A DNA stretch of 64,000 bases, taken from NCBI GenBank assembly GCA_963826825.1, contig CAWGYV010000016.1, positions 131,117 to 195,116 of the forward strand, in the 5' to 3' direction. The notes below the pieces were generated by a model. That model was not told where the DNA came from and ran no database searches. It was given only the letters and a program-made list of their open reading frames with translations. The position numbers and the translations under genes were made by a program. Each line of letters opens with the position of its first letter. Position 1 is the first letter of the stretch. This stretch comes from an uncultured Acidimicrobiia bacterium. Lineage in GTDB: Bacteria; Actinomycetota; Acidimicrobiia; Spongiisociales; DATADW01. Of the stretch, positions 44,180 through 57,075 are shown piece by piece.

Positions 44180-45379
44180 TCAGCCAGATGGGGGCAGATA
44201 GTGCTCGGCTGGTGGAGGGAATCCGTTGAACCTGCTGGCGTATGCGGTGGTGTAGGCACCGGCGGCGAAGACATCTACCCGGTCACCTGCCCTCAGCTTC
44301 ATCGGGAGGAGACACTGTGTGCTTCGGTAAAGCACATCGGTGGAGTCGCAGGTCGGGCCGGCGAGGACGACTGGGCCTAGTGGTCCGTCGCGGTCGGCGC
44401 GTACCCGATAGCGGACGGCCTCGCCCATGGTCTCGGCCAGACCCCCGTAGATGCCCGCATCGAGAAACACCCAGCGCCTCCAGTCACGGTTCGTCACCAG
44501 GAGCACCTCGGTCTGGAGTACTCCGGCGTCGGCAACCAGGAATCGGCCGGGCTCGAGCACGAGCGCTGGCGGCTGGGGTTCGAGATTGGTGGCGATGGCT
44601 CTCCTTATCGCGGCGGCATACGTGGCGAGAGGCGGCGTCGGTTCGAGGTGTCGCCCGGGGAGCCCGCCCCCCATGTTGACCAGTTCCAACTCGATGCCCC
44701 TGACCTCCAGCCTCTGGCGTAGTTGGGCGACTTGTTGCAGCAGAGGTGTCCACGCCTCGGGGTCGCGTTGCTGGGAGCCGACATGGAACGAGACTCCCGC
44801 CCGCATCCTTGCCCCCGCGGCGCGCACCAGCAGTGCCTCTGCCATCTCTGGCGGGCACCCGAACTTGCCGCCGAGTGCCCAGTCCGAACCGCGGCCGTCA
44901 CAGCGGAGCCGGGCGGCAACCAGCGAACCTGGTGCCAGCGCCACCAGCTTGTCGAGCTCCTCGGGCGCATCGAAGACAAAACGTCTCACACCTAGCTCGT
45001 ACGCCTCGGCGATGTGCGCCGCAGGCTTCACCGAGTTGCCAAAGGAGACCAATTCGGAAGGCGCTCCGGCGTCGAGACAGGCCCGTAGCTCTCCGATCGA
45101 TGCGACCTCGAACCGGGAGCCGAGGCGGGTGAGCAGCTCGACGATCGGCCGGCCGGCATTGGCCTTGACCGCATAGTGGATCTCGACTCCGGGGAAGGCA
45201 TTGGTCAGTTCCCGATATCGGTCGGCGACCTCATCTAGGTCCACAACGAGGAACGGTGTCGGATGGCGATGCTCGGCGAGAAACCGGTCGAGGCGCGACT
45301 GCGATAGGTCGGCGCGGCCCGGTTGGGTAAGCGGCGGCCATCCAATCGGCGGGGTGGCGAGCGCCATCGAGTGATGCAT
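44180..45379 (-). CDS. PLP-dependent decarboxylase of the Orn/DAP/Arg decarboxylase fold (alanine-racemase-like TIM barrel plus beta domain)
   Basis: HYAVKAN marks the PLP-lysine region. The Gly-rich loop is NMGGGLPG. The C-terminus has GPTCDSTD. ATG at 45379 is preferred over the long upstream extension. Confidence 0.7.
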   Translation of the reverse strand: MHHSMALATPPIGWPPLTQPGRADLSQSRLDRFLAEHRHPTPFLVVDLDEVADRYRELTNAFPGVEIHYAVKANAGRPIVELLTRLGSRFEVASIGELRACLDAGAPSELVSFGNSVKPAAHIAEAYELGVRRFVFDAPEELDKLVALAPGSLVAARLRCDGRGSDWALGGKFGCPPEMAEALLVRAAGARMRAGVSFHVGSQQRDPEAWTPLLQQVAQLRQRLEVRGIELELVNMGGGLPGRHLEPTPPLATYAAAIRRAIATNLEPQPPALVLEPGRFLVADAGVLQTEVLLVTNRDWRRWVFLDAGIYGGLAETMGEAVRYRVRADRDGPLGPVVLAGPTCDSTDVLYRSTQCLLPMKLRAGDRVDVFAAGAYTTAYASRFNGFPPPAEHYLPPSG

Positions 45380-45806
45380 ATCGAGACCGATCACCTCGAC
45401 CGACCCGTGATGCGCGATCTTCTGCCTTGACGGTGACCGGGCGGGGTGGCACACTTCCCCGCCACTACAACGCGCTTATCCAGAGCGGTGGAGGGACGGG
45501 CCCTTTGAAGCCGCGGCAACCGGAAGCTCCCCATCAGTAGACACGGGAAGCGACACCGGTGCCAATGCCCGATCGATGAGCTGCCGACGGCGGGATTCCC
45601 GCTCGAGGCGCCGGAGAGCGCGTCGAGAACTGAGGAGGACCGTCGTGACCGATAGCTCGCACCATCCTTTCCGCTCCCCCGCGCCGATCTGTCCTCATGT
45701 GATGTGTGCGCGCTCTCGGGCGGCCGCCCCGTCGGCCGCGGCGGGCTGAGGCTCCGCCGGTCGCCCGAGAGCACTCCGCAACCGCGGAGCCCCACGTCTC
45801 TTTCGA

Positions 45807-47657
<1,851 letters not shown>

Positions 47658-47689
47658 AACTCTGTCATCGAATTGGGCGTGGCGTGTGA

Positions 47690-48472
47690 CTACGTCGCTC
47701 GGAGGCGATAGATGGAGACATGCCCGGTGGAGGAGGCGGTGAAGGCTGAGCCGTCCCAGTCACCCCACCGGGCATCCAACTCCATACCGGCGAGCTGTGC
47801 CATCAGGTCCAACTCGGCCGGCCAGGCGTAGCGGATCACCACGGGTCGCAGCCTCGCGCCAGCCTCGTCGAGAACGATGTGCTGGACCGTGACGATCTGT
47901 TCCACGGGGTCGAGGATCGACGCCTCGAGCCTCACCTGCGTGGCCTCGGTCTCGGCGACAGCGACACGTTGCCCGCGGTCGAACCTGGTGAGGTCGGGCA
48001 CGAAGGCCTCGAGGACGAAGGCGCCATCGGGCTCGAGCCGGCTGGCGACGTTCGAGAAGCACCGCACCTGATCCCGCTGGGTGAGCAGGGCGAACAGCGT
48101 GTTGAACACGATGAAGACGAGGGCGAACTTTCCTTCTACGGGTACATCGGCGAAGTCGCCCATGGTGACCGGGATCCGGTCCCCGCCATGCTTGGTCCGG
48201 AGGCGGGCGACCATGTCGTCCGACACGTCCACTCCGTGGATGTCCACGCCCTTAGAGGCAAGCGGCAACGCCACCCGCCCCGTGCCGATCGCCAACTCGA
48301 GGGCCCGCCCCTCCCCCGCCATTTCGGCCAGCCGGTCGATCATTGCCGGCGGCGCATCCGGATACCATTCGTCGTACACGTCGGCGATCCGTTCGCCGTA
48401 TGTCTCCGGCCCGTACTCGTCCACGGGCGCATCGTGCCAGATTGCGGCTGTGGGAAGGCCCGATTTCGGCAC
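47690..48472 (-). CDS. class I SAM-dependent methyltransferase
   Basis: Motif I is LELAIGTGRVALPL. A post-I acidic residue is present (VDVSDDMV). 260 aa. Confidence 0.75.
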   Translation of the reverse strand: MPKSGLPTAAIWHDAPVDEYGPETYGERIADVYDEWYPDAPPAMIDRLAEMAGEGRALELAIGTGRVALPLASKGVDIHGVDVSDDMVARLRTKHGGDRIPVTMGDFADVPVEGKFALVFIVFNTLFALLTQRDQVRCFSNVASRLEPDGAFVLEAFVPDLTRFDRGQRVAVAETEATQVRLEASILDPVEQIVTVQHIVLDEAGARLRPVVIRYAWPAELDLMAQLAGMELDARWGDWDGSAFTASSTGHVSIYRLRAT

Positions 48473-48489
48473 CGCCCTACCCTGACGGA

Positions 48490-48990
48490 GTGGCCGCTGA
48501 CCCGACTGTCATCGCCGCGCTCGATGGCGCAGGTGTGCCTTACGAGGTGATGCCATGCGATCCCGAGCTCGCCGACACCGCCGCCTTCTGCGAGGCGTAC
48601 GGCATACCCCCGGAGCAATCGGCCAACGCCATCCTGGTTGCCTCACGCCGACCCTTGGGCGAGCGTGCCGTGTGCGTCGCCCTCGCCACCACCCGGCTCG
48701 ACGTCAACCGTACGGTGCGCCAACGCCTCGGGGTGAAGAAGGCTTCTTTCGCCTCGCCCGAGGAGACCGTCGACGTAACCGGGATGACCATCGGGGGGGT
48801 CACGCCCCTCGGCCTCCCTGAGGGGCTGAGGGTGTGGATCGACGCCGAGGTGATGAATCCGGAATGGGTGATCGTCGGAGCCGGCACCCGTGCCGCCAAG
48901 ATCCGGCTCGCCCCGGAAGATCTGGTCCGAGCGTCGGGTGCCGAGGTGATCGAGGGGCTGGCCAGGCCGCTGGAGCCGACACTCAGCTAG
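48490..48990 (+). CDS. YbaK / prolyl-tRNA-synthetase-associated editing-domain protein (aminoacyl-tRNA deacylase)
   Basis: GTG at 48490 is proposed. The YbaK fold region is SANAILVASRRPLGERAVCVALATTRLDVNRTVRQRLG ... GMTIGGVTPLGLPEGL. Confidence 0.55.
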   Translation: MAADPTVIAALDGAGVPYEVMPCDPELADTAAFCEAYGIPPEQSANAILVASRRPLGERAVCVALATTRLDVNRTVRQRLGVKKASFASPEETVDVTGMTIGGVTPLGLPEGLRVWIDAEVMNPEWVIVGAGTRAAKIRLAPEDLVRASGAEVIEGLARPLEPTLS

Positions 48991-49721
48991 GCGCCTCCGC
49001 TTCTCCTTCGAACCAGGATCACGTAGCCGACGACTCCGACCACTGCGAAGGCGAACCACTGGATGGCATAGGCGAGGTGATTGCCCTCGTCGTCGGTTGG
49101 CGGTGGACCCATCGGGACCGGAAGATCTCCGGCGGCCGGGTCCACCGAGGTCAGGTCCACCGATACCGGCGCCAACTCGTCTTCGCTCTGTTGCTGGATC
49201 CGGGGGATGTCGAGCCTGCTGAGCAGCGCCAACTCCCCCTCGGCGGGATCGACTGGCCCGAGCCCGGAGCGCTCCTGGCTGAGCCGGACCAGGCCCTCGA
49301 CGACGACCTGGCCATCCGGAGGTGCCGCCGGCACTGGTGGCTCGTCCATCTCCATCGGTACCCATCCTCGGTTGACCAGCACCGCATCACCGCTGGCGGT
49401 CAGCAGCGGGGTGACGACGTGGAATCCGGCGACTCCATCGAGAGTCCGCGACCGGAGCAGCACCTCGCCCGAAGGGTCGAAGACGCCACTGACGGTGACG
49501 GGGTGGTACTCGATTGCGGCGAGATCCTCCCCCACCGCCTGGAGCATCACCTCGAGATCCTCCGGTGGAAGGGCGAGGCGGGCATTGAGGAGTTGGTTTT
49601 CCTGGCGCGCCTCTTCGAGTCTCCGGAGCTGCCAGAACCCCAGATTGACGAAGAGCCCGGCGATGAGCACGACCGCCGATGTGGCGATGATCCAGCGCGG
49701 GCTGCGGAGGAACGCGTACAT
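48987..49721 (-). CDS. SURF1-family protein (cytochrome oxidase assembly)
   Basis: The internal ATG at 49721 gives MYAFLRSPRWIIATSAVVLIAGLFVNLGFWQLRRLEEA. The C-terminal TM is WFAFAVVGVVGYVILV. The upstream part of the ORF call is low-complexity. Confidence 0.7.
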   Translation of the reverse strand: MYAFLRSPRWIIATSAVVLIAGLFVNLGFWQLRRLEEARQENQLLNARLALPPEDLEVMLQAVGEDLAAIEYHPVTVSGVFDPSGEVLLRSRTLDGVAGFHVVTPLLTASGDAVLVNRGWVPMEMDEPPVPAAPPDGQVVVEGLVRLSQERSGLGPVDPAEGELALLSRLDIPRIQQQSEDELAPVSVDLTSVDPAAGDLPVPMGPPPTDDEGNHLAYAIQWFAFAVVGVVGYVILVRRRSGGA

Positions 49722-50131
49722 AGCTCGGGATGATGATCGTTCCGCCGGCCAAGCGGAGCAGGTCGGGTCAGGCGGCGGTTTCGTCGGAGGCGGCGGCTGA
49801 CGGTCCGTGGAGAAGAGCTCGGGCGGTCTCGACCGGATCGGAATCGGAGGCGAGCCCCACCGGGCGGTCGAGCCACTCCCGGAGCTGTGGGACGCTCGCC
49901 TCTCCCCGCTCGATGAGCAGGCGGGCCAGATCGTCGCTCCACATCCAAGGCATATTGCACCTCCACCTGCCGCATCTCGCTTCGGACTCACCGGCCGACC
50001 ACCTCCGAACGGACGCGAACAGCCAGGGCTCGAGGTTCTCGGCGGTCGCCGGCGGGCTCGCCGGACTGGGCCCAACGTACCCCCCATGTCAACCCCCCGA
50101 TGACCTGGGGAACGACAAGGTCGTCGTTCGA

Positions 50132-51652
50132 TCACTCACCGGCGATGGCGGTCCCACCCGTTCGGCGTGGGTCGGCGGCAGCCACCAGCGTCCGGTCGGC
50201 ATGGCGGAGCGCGGCGGCGGCACCACCGAAGAACATCGATGCCTCGTCGAACGCCCTGGTCGGCAGGGTCACCTTGGAGACGTCGAGCCCCGGCTCGTAG
50301 GCGGCACGGGGGTGTTCCGGCCAGCCTTCGACGTGGAGCCTGGGATGGGCGATGGCGTCCTCCAGCGAAAGCCCGAGCCGGGTGATGTTGAGGAAGACCA
50401 TCGCCATGGCGCTCGTGATCCGGTCGGCGCCCGGCGTGCCCACCGCCATCACCCGCCCATTCCCGTCGATCGCCACCGTGGGCGCCATGTTCGAGGGGAG
50501 GCGGGTCCCCGGTGCCAAGACGTGCACCCCACGGCGGTTGAGCTCCAACTCGCCAAGACAGTTGTTGAGCCAGACCCCTGACTTAAGGACGCCCGACCCA
50601 TAACCGGCCGACATGGTGGCGGCGCACGCCAGTCCGTCGGAGTCGACAGCCGACACGTGGATGGTGGAGGCCGCTCCCATCCCGATCAGCTCTTGGGCGT
50701 TGCTCGCACCGAGCATCTCGGTCACCGCCTCTTCCGGTGACTCCCCGCGGTCGACCCGGGCGGCCCGGTAGGCGAAGACCGCTGCCAGCGCGTCGGCGAA
50801 CCGGGCGACATCCGCTGCCTCCCACGTCCTCGCCGGGCTGTCGCCCATGATCCGCAGCACCGCCGCCACCGCAGCACCCCCAACAGCAGGGGGAGGGACA
50901 GTCGACAAGATCCAGCCGGCGCTCTCCACCCGTAATGGGGTGCGCCGAAGTACCCGGTAGGCGGCCAGATCGTCGATGGTGAGTATCCCGCCCTCGGCCT
51001 CGACCGCATCAGCGATCCGCCGGCCGAGATCGCCACCGTGCAGGCATGCCGGTCCCTCCTCGGCGAGTTGGATCAGCGTGTTTGCCAGGCCTTTGACGAA
51101 CACGGTCGCCCCGGTGGGCAGCGGCATCCCGTCGCCGCCGGTCACTGCCTCCCGGCTGGCATCCTCCCTGCCGAAGATGTCCATCGCACCCTGGGTGAGG
51201 TAGCGGTGGGATGCCGCCGGCAAGGGAAACCCCGTCGTGGCGGCAATGATCGACGGTTCCCAGAGTTCGGGCCATGGCAGCCGTCCGTGCGCATTCGCCA
51301 CGGCGGCAAACGCCGCCACCGACCCCGGCGTGGCGACCGACCCCGGTCCGACCAAGGTCGTCGTTCCACCGCCGTACGCCATCGACACCTCGAACATCGC
51401 CTTGCCGAACCGGTCGGGGGCTAGCCCGCGGCCAGGCATCTCGACCTGCCCGTCGTAGACCACGCTCTCCCCTTCAGCGGAGGTGACCGTGATGAATCCC
51501 CCGGCGCCGAGAGAGCACACCCCCGGCTCCGAGATCGATGCGAACACAGCGGCGGCTATGGCGGCATCGACCGCGTTGCCACCCGCATCGGCGACAGCGG
51601 CGCCAGCAGCGGCTGCCAGCGCCGAGGGAGCGGCGACGGCTACACGACCCAT
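50132..51652 (-). CDS. gamma-glutamyltransferase-family protein
   Basis: 506 aa. The Ntn-hydrolase GGT-like regions align with the GGT family (PGSVATPGSVAAF ... GGDGMPLPTGATVFVKGLANTL ... TIHVSAVDSDGLACAATMSAGYGSG). Confidence 0.55.
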   Translation of the reverse strand: MGRVAVAAPSALAAAAGAAVADAGGNAVDAAIAAAVFASISEPGVCSLGAGGFITVTSAEGESVVYDGQVEMPGRGLAPDRFGKAMFEVSMAYGGGTTTLVGPGSVATPGSVAAFAAVANAHGRLPWPELWEPSIIAATTGFPLPAASHRYLTQGAMDIFGREDASREAVTGGDGMPLPTGATVFVKGLANTLIQLAEEGPACLHGGDLGRRIADAVEAEGGILTIDDLAAYRVLRRTPLRVESAGWILSTVPPPAVGGAAVAAVLRIMGDSPARTWEAADVARFADALAAVFAYRAARVDRGESPEEAVTEMLGASNAQELIGMGAASTIHVSAVDSDGLACAATMSAGYGSGVLKSGVWLNNCLGELELNRRGVHVLAPGTRLPSNMAPTVAIDGNGRVMAVGTPGADRITSAMAMVFLNITRLGLSLEDAIAHPRLHVEGWPEHPRAAYEPGLDVSKVTLPTRAFDEASMFFGGAAAALRHADRTLVAAADPRRTGGTAIAGE

Positions 51653-51661
51653 CCTCCGAGG

Positions 51662-52000
51662 CTACCGAGGGCTGACCTCGGCGACCGACTCGAGCTCCTC
51701 GGCGACGTCGTGGGTCACCTGCTCGGCAACGATCTCGATCCGGCTGCGCCGTCCCTCAGGACCCTCCCAGAACCGGCGTTGGGCGCTCCCGGCCACCCAC
51801 ACCCGCCGACCGGGCTCGAGATCGGCGGTGACATCTTCGCCCGGATCCCACAGCGTCACCGGTAAGACGTCGATACGGCGTCGGGGGGTCTCGGTGCGCA
51901 CCGTCACCAGGTACCGGATCAACCGGGTCCCAGAGTCGAAGACCCGCATCTCGGGTGCCGACGCCAGTCTTCCCGATAGGACAACGAGGTTGAGGTCCAT
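51662..52000 (-). CDS. small OB-fold single-stranded-DNA-binding-like protein
   Basis: 112 aa with an SSB/PriB-like N-terminus (LNLVVLSGRLASAPEMRVFDSGTRLIRYLVTV). There is no acidic tail. Confidence 0.4.
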   Translation of the reverse strand: MDLNLVVLSGRLASAPEMRVFDSGTRLIRYLVTVRTETPRRRIDVLPVTLWDPGEDVTADLEPGRRVWVAGSAQRRFWEGPEGRRSRIEIVAEQVTHDVAEELESVAEVSPR

Positions 52001-52097
52001 CTTTTCCGCTCCTCTCGGGAAGCGCGGGGAACGCTTGGCAACGTAAGACCGGAGTGCGACATTTTCGGGAGCGCCAGGCTCAGCCCCGGTCGTCCTG

Positions 52098-52865
52098 TCA
52101 GGGACTCTCGCTCCATTCGGTGGTGAGCGGGCCGGCCGATCGCATCAAGAGCAGCATGGCGCCCGCGGTGCGCACGAGGTGCGGTGTGCCCGGCGGCCGG
52201 TGGAAGTACCCACCGGGCTGATACCTGTGGACCTTCACACCACCGGCCAAACCAACGGCAGCGGCTAACTCGCCTTCCAGGAGGAACCCCTCCTCGCTCA
52301 CCGGGTGCCGCTGCCATCTCGACCGCTTCCCCCAGTGGACGCCCGCCGCGAGCCACACTCGGGGCCCAGCGCTACCTCCACCGTGGACCGCCTTGACCAT
52401 GAGTCCGGGTGGCAGTTCAGGATCGCCCGCCGGTTCCCAGTCCAGTTCCTCTGTGTCGACCACCGAGCCTGGACCGGGGTCGGTTGCCTCTCCGAAGCTC
52501 AGGGGACCCGCTGAGTGGGCGAGTACCACCGTGTCGATCGGGGCCGAGTACCGACCTGTTACACCTGCGGGCATGCCGACATGTGTCATGGGTCGCAGCG
52601 GTCGACCGTCGAGTTGCAGCCTCCCGCTGACCACGAACATCTCGAGGGCCGCGGTGAAGCCGCCCCGGCCCGAACGCCAGCCGGCTGGGATCCGGATCAG
52701 TTGGGTCGATTCACCCAGGGGGTCACGGGACAGCGTCTTTGTTTCACAGCCCGGTGGCAGCCCGGGGACGGCGAGCGCACGGGCCGACAGGTCGGCCTCG
52801 TGGAAGCCCCCGACGAACTCCTGGGAGCGATCGAGTGTGGCCGGGTCGGCTTGGCGCGCCGTCAC
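52098..52865 (-). CDS. cupin-domain protein
   Basis: 255 aa. Two beta-barrel-like halves have His-containing motifs. This is a composition-level call. Confidence 0.35.
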   Translation of the reverse strand: MTARQADPATLDRSQEFVGGFHEADLSARALAVPGLPPGCETKTLSRDPLGESTQLIRIPAGWRSGRGGFTAALEMFVVSGRLQLDGRPLRPMTHVGMPAGVTGRYSAPIDTVVLAHSAGPLSFGEATDPGPGSVVDTEELDWEPAGDPELPPGLMVKAVHGGGSAGPRVWLAAGVHWGKRSRWQRHPVSEEGFLLEGELAAAVGLAGGVKVHRYQPGGYFHRPPGTPHLVRTAGAMLLLMRSAGPLTTEWSESP

Positions 52866-53019
52866 CGGTTCAAGGTCCCGAGTTCAACCGGCCCCGGGGT
52901 AGGGCGTAGCCGATAGCGTCGTGGAGAGGGCGCACCGCGTGCCACCGTACCCTGGCGCCGCACACGAGAGGATGACGATGGATCCCGAGCCGGGCGGTCG
53001 ACGGTTGGCCGCAACCGAG

Positions 53020-54701
53020 ATGAGCCGCCGCCGGTTCCTTGCTGCCATGAGCAAGGGCGTGGCGGGCATCAGTGCCTCGGGAGCCCTCCTCGCTGCCTGC
53101 AGCGCTGGCGAGGCGACCACGACGACAACGGCTCCTGCGGCGACGTCGCTGACCGGCACCATCACGACCGCCGCCACAGCCACCTCAGCGGCCACGTCCA
53201 CCACCGCGGGGGCATCAGCCAGGGAGTTGAGGATCGACATCCTGGCCGACCCCACCCCGGACGTCGACCCGCTCAACTGGAGCGCGCAGTCGATCCAGAG
53301 GGTCTACCGGCTGACCAACGAGTCGCTGCTCACATGGGACGAGGATCGTGAGATCGTCCCTCAACTCGCCGCCGGCCCGCCCGAGGTCAGCGACGACGGT
53401 CTGACCTACACCGTCACCCTCCGAGAGGGGGTCACCTTCCACAACGACAAGACCTTTACCTCAGAGGATGTGAAGTTCAGCTACGAGACCATCGGCGCAG
53501 AAACGAGCACGTCGCAGTGGAAGCCCCGGGTTTCGATGATCTCGTCGATCGATGTCCCGGACGAACTCACCGTGGTCTTCACCCTGGAGAGCGTCTTCAC
53601 TCCCTTTCCCGTGACTCTTGCCCGTATCCCGATCGTCCCATCCAACGTCCCGTACACAGTGGGCGACACCTATGCGCGGACGACAATCGGGACCGGCCCG
53701 TACCGATTCGTCGAGTGGACCCAGGGCGACCAGATCGTCATGAGGCGGTTCGATAGCTACTGGGACAGCTCGCTTCCAGTGACCGGACAGGTCGTGATGA
53801 AGGTGGTCCCCGAGGACGGCGCCCGCTCGGCCAACCTGGTGTCGGGAACGACCCACATCGTTCCCGACCCCGCCCTGAGCCAGCTCCATGTCCTCGACCG
53901 CGGCGGCGTCACCGTCAGCATCACCGAGGACTCGACCACCCGGGTCTACATGTACCCCAACCTCGACCCTGCTCGATTCACCGGGGCCTCATACGCCGCT
54001 CGGCGCGCCATTGCCGAGGCGATCGGGCGCGGTGGGATCGCCAACGAGGCCTTCTTTGGCACGGCCATCCCCGCAGCGACCCTGCTCTCCAGCCGGGCCG
54101 ACCACTTCGACCCTCAGCTGGGCGACTTCTTCGGCGGACCGGCCGATCCCGACGAAGCGGCGCAATATCTCGAAGAGGCCGGGGGTCCACCGGAGCAGAC
54201 ACTCGGCGCTCTACCTGATCGACGACCCCTACCTGTTGGACACCGCGGTGATGGTCCAGGCCGACCTCGCCGTGGCGGGCATACCCGTGGCGATATTCGT
54301 GGAGAGCACAAGCCAGGTGGTGGAGCGGCTCACAGTGACCAGGGATTACGACCTCGTGCTGCTCGCCGTCGAGGTCCAAGCAGCATCAGGCTTCGGTTCT
54401 GATTACCCGTATTGGAGCGCGACCTCGGACATGCCCGGCAACCTCAACGGTTCGCTCTACGGGTTCCCCGCCGACGAGGAGTACGACGCTCTTCTGCTCG
54501 CCGCGGTGCAGGCGCCCGAGGAGGAGGCCGGGGCTGCCTGGCAAGCGGTGCAGCGCTACGACGTCGAGCAGGGCCTCTATCAGATCCAGATCGTCACCGC
54601 CCGCTACGTGGAAGCGATTGCCGCCTCGGTCACCGGTTACCGGGCGTCATCACTTGGGAGGCCCGTACAACGTCAAGCACGCCGCGGTGAGCGCTTCCTG
54701 A
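53020..54701 (+). pseudogene. ABC transporter substrate-binding protein, family 5 (peptide/nickel type) with a Tat signal. It is frame-disrupted near 54181-54210 and probably again near 54660
   Basis: ATG at 53020 gives MSRRRFLAAM (twin-arginine). The SBP_bac_5 core is present through YLEEAG. The continuation (LYLIDDPYLLDTAVMVQADLAVAGIPV) is in another frame. A G5 run lies at 54181-54185. Confidence 0.5.
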
Positions 54702-54839
54702 TATCGCCCATCCTGGAACCGTTGTGGCGTAACCGAGCGGTCTGTTCGACACCCCAGCCACGCAGGATCGTTGGCGCAGCGAGGCGGCAATATCCTCGAG
54801 CTGTTAACGTAACTGATTCGTTACCGAAGGAGGTAGGAG

Positions 54840-55250
54840 ATGGCGACCGGATCGGGCACCAAGGAAGACCCCTGGGTTCTCCAGACGCCCAGTCTCACCT
54901 CGACATTCCAGATGTACCGTGACGAAGCCGCCGACCCTCCTGTGCTGGTGTGCACGGTGGGGAGCACGGTCCTCCATTACGACCTGCGCATCATCGACGA
55001 CATGCACGCCATGCTCTCCGAACGCGGCGATTGGATGCCGCTGGGCAATGCCGACGAGCAGAAGCAGGCAGCCCGAGGGATCGGTCGAGGCGTGGGCCCG
55101 ATCGGCCGACAACCCGATCGGCGGTTGGTACGGACTCAAGAAGGGCCTACGGGGAAGGGTGGGGAACTACGTCACGCCCGTGCTCGAGGTGATGGGTCTG
55201 GCCGAGTTGGAGCACAACCCGAGGAACAACCGGATCCGCGCCCTCTGACA
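54840..55250 (+). pseudogene. small conserved hypothetical protein, frame-disrupted at the GGGCCC site near 55105
   Basis: The N-terminal half (MATGSGTKEDPWVLQTPSLTSTFQMYRDEAADPPVLVCTV ...) and the C-terminal half (NPIGGWYGLKKGLRGRVGNYVTPVLEVMGLAELEHNPRNNRIRAL) are both protein-like but lie in different frames. Confidence 0.4.
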
Positions 55251-55252
55251 GC

Positions 55253-55735
55253 TCAGATCGGCCGGCGGCGCCGCGAGGTGATCACGCCGGTGTCGAACCC
55301 GCCGAGGTGGAGTCCCCCGGCGAACCGGGCGTGCTCGATCTTGAGGCAGCGGTCCTGGACGACGGCGAGACCCGCATCTCGGGCACGCTCCGCCGCCTCC
55401 TCGTGGCGGAGACCGAGTTGGAACCAGACCACTTTGGCCCCGACATCGATCGCCTCCTCGACCACCGATGGGATCTCCTCGGCCCGCCGGAAGATGTCGA
55501 CGATGTCAGGCGGCTCGGGGAGGTCGGCCAGCGCCGGGTAGCAGCGCAAACCGAGCACCTCTGGGTAGGTGGGGTTGACCGGCCAGATGGTGTAACTGGT
55601 GCGGATCAGGTAGGTGGCGACGAAGTTCGACGAACGCAGCGGGTTGGCCGACACACCGACCAGTGCGACGGTGCGGGCAGTGCCCAGGATCCGGAGACGC
55701 TCTCCCACAGGTGCGTCGGCAGTCTCGATGGTCAC
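55253..55735 (-). CDS. CoA-binding domain protein (YccU-like)
   Basis: A GTG start at 55735 forms a GTGA overlap with the metY stop. The Rossmann-like CoA-binding motifs are RTVALVGVSANPLRSSNFV ... WPVNP. Confidence 0.6.
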   Translation of the reverse strand: MTIETADAPVGERLRILGTARTVALVGVSANPLRSSNFVATYLIRTSYTIWPVNPTYPEVLGLRCYPALADLPEPPDIVDIFRRAEEIPSVVEEAIDVGAKVVWFQLGLRHEEAAERARDAGLAVVQDRCLKIEHARFAGGLHLGGFDTGVITSRRRRPI

Positions 55736-57009
55736 TTGAGCGCCCGATCCAGGTCCCAAAGGATGTCTTCGGGGTCCTCGAGGCCGACCGAGATCCGGAT
55801 CATGTCGTCGCTCACCCCCGATGCGGCCCGGCTCTCAGGCGGCACCTGTTGGTGCGTGGTCGAGGCGGGGTGGATCACGAGTGTCTTGGCGTCGCCCACA
55901 TTGGCCAGGTGGCTGGCCAACTCGACCGATTCGATGAACCTCACACCGGCTTCAAATCCGCCGGTGAGCCCGAAGGTGAATACCGCCCCCGGTCCGCCCG
56001 GGGTGTACTTCTCGGCGAGCCGTCGAGTGGGGCTGTCGTCGAAGATCGGATAGCTCACCCAGTCCACCGCCGAGTGCCCGCGGAGGTGCTCAGCCACCAC
56101 CCGGGCATTCGAGGCGTGGGCCGACATCCTCAGCGGAAGGGTCTCCAACCCCAGCAGCAGGAGGAAGGAGTTGAAGGGCGAGAGGGCGGCGCCGACGTCG
56201 CGCAACAATTCGACCCTCGCCTTGCTCAGCCACCCGTACTCGCGGAAGTTCTCCCAGAACCGGAGACCGTGATAGGCGGGCGACGGTTCGGTGAGCGAGG
56301 CGAACTTCCCGTTGTCCCAGGGGAACCGCCCCGACTCGACGATCACGCCGGCGATGACGACGCCGTGGCCGCCAATGAACTTGGTGGCCGAATGGACCAC
56401 GATGTCGGCTCCCCACTCGATCGGCCGGCACAAGAACGGCGTGGCAAACGTGTTGTCGATCATCAGCGGGATGTCGTGGGAATGGGCCACGTCGGCGATG
56501 GCCTCGATGTCGAGCACGTCGCCGCGGGGGTTGCCGATCGTCTCCCCGTAGATCAGCTTGGTCCGTTCGGAAACGGCTTGATCGAAGGCATCCGGAGACG
56601 AGGGATCGACGAAGTCGACGTCGATACCCATCTTCCTCAATGTGACGTCGAACTGCGTATAGGTCCCACCGTAGAGGTTGCGGGCCGCCACGATGTGGTC
56701 GCCCGCCGAGGCGGTCGTCAGCACGGCGATGAGCTGCGCCGCCTGCCCCGATCCGGTGGCGACCGCACCCAGACCGCCCTCCAGCGAGGCCATCCTCTCC
56801 TCGAAGGCGGCGTTCGTCGGGTTGCCGATCCTGGTGTAGATGTTGCCCCAGTTCTGCAGGGCGAACAGGTCGGCTGCGTGTTGGGCGTCCTCGAACACGA
56901 ACGACGTCGTGGCGTAGATCGGCATCGCCCTGGCGCCGGTCTCGGGGTCAGGTCTCTGGCCGGCATGGATCGCTCTGGTGGCGAAGCCGAAGTCGTGCTG
57001 TTCTTCCAA
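55732..57009 (-). CDS. metY: O-acetylhomoserine sulfhydrylase paralog (intact second MetY copy)
   Basis: 425 aa: AIHAGQ ... IYTRIGNPT ... SATKFIGGHG (PLP-Lys) ... [19 protein letters not shown]. The start is TTG at 57009 with a weak RBS. Confidence 0.8.
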   Translation of the reverse strand: MEEQHDFGFATRAIHAGQRPDPETGARAMPIYATTSFVFEDAQHAADLFALQNWGNIYTRIGNPTNAAFEERMASLEGGLGAVATGSGQAAQLIAVLTTASAGDHIVAARNLYGGTYTQFDVTLRKMGIDVDFVDPSSPDAFDQAVSERTKLIYGETIGNPRGDVLDIEAIADVAHSHDIPLMIDNTFATPFLCRPIEWGADIVVHSATKFIGGHGVVIAGVIVESGRFPWDNGKFASLTEPSPAYHGLRFWENFREYGWLSKARVELLRDVGAALSPFNSFLLLLGLETLPLRMSAHASNARVVAEHLRGHSAVDWVSYPIFDDSPTRRLAEKYTPGGPGAVFTFGLTGGFEAGVRFIESVELASHLANVGDAKTLVIHPASTTHQQVPPESRAASGVSDDMIRISVGLEDPEDILWDLDRALK

Positions 57010-57075
57010 GGCTCGGGAGTGTACGGGTGAGCCCTTCGCAGTAGCTTCGCAAGGCGCACAAGAGGAGGTGATCCA

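Noticed and set aside
51662-52000. Calling the 112-aa OB-fold protein the housekeeping SSB
   Set aside because: It is too short, lacks the acidic C-terminal tail and is an isolated gene, not next to rpsF/rpsR/priB. I kept it only as SSB-like with low confidence.
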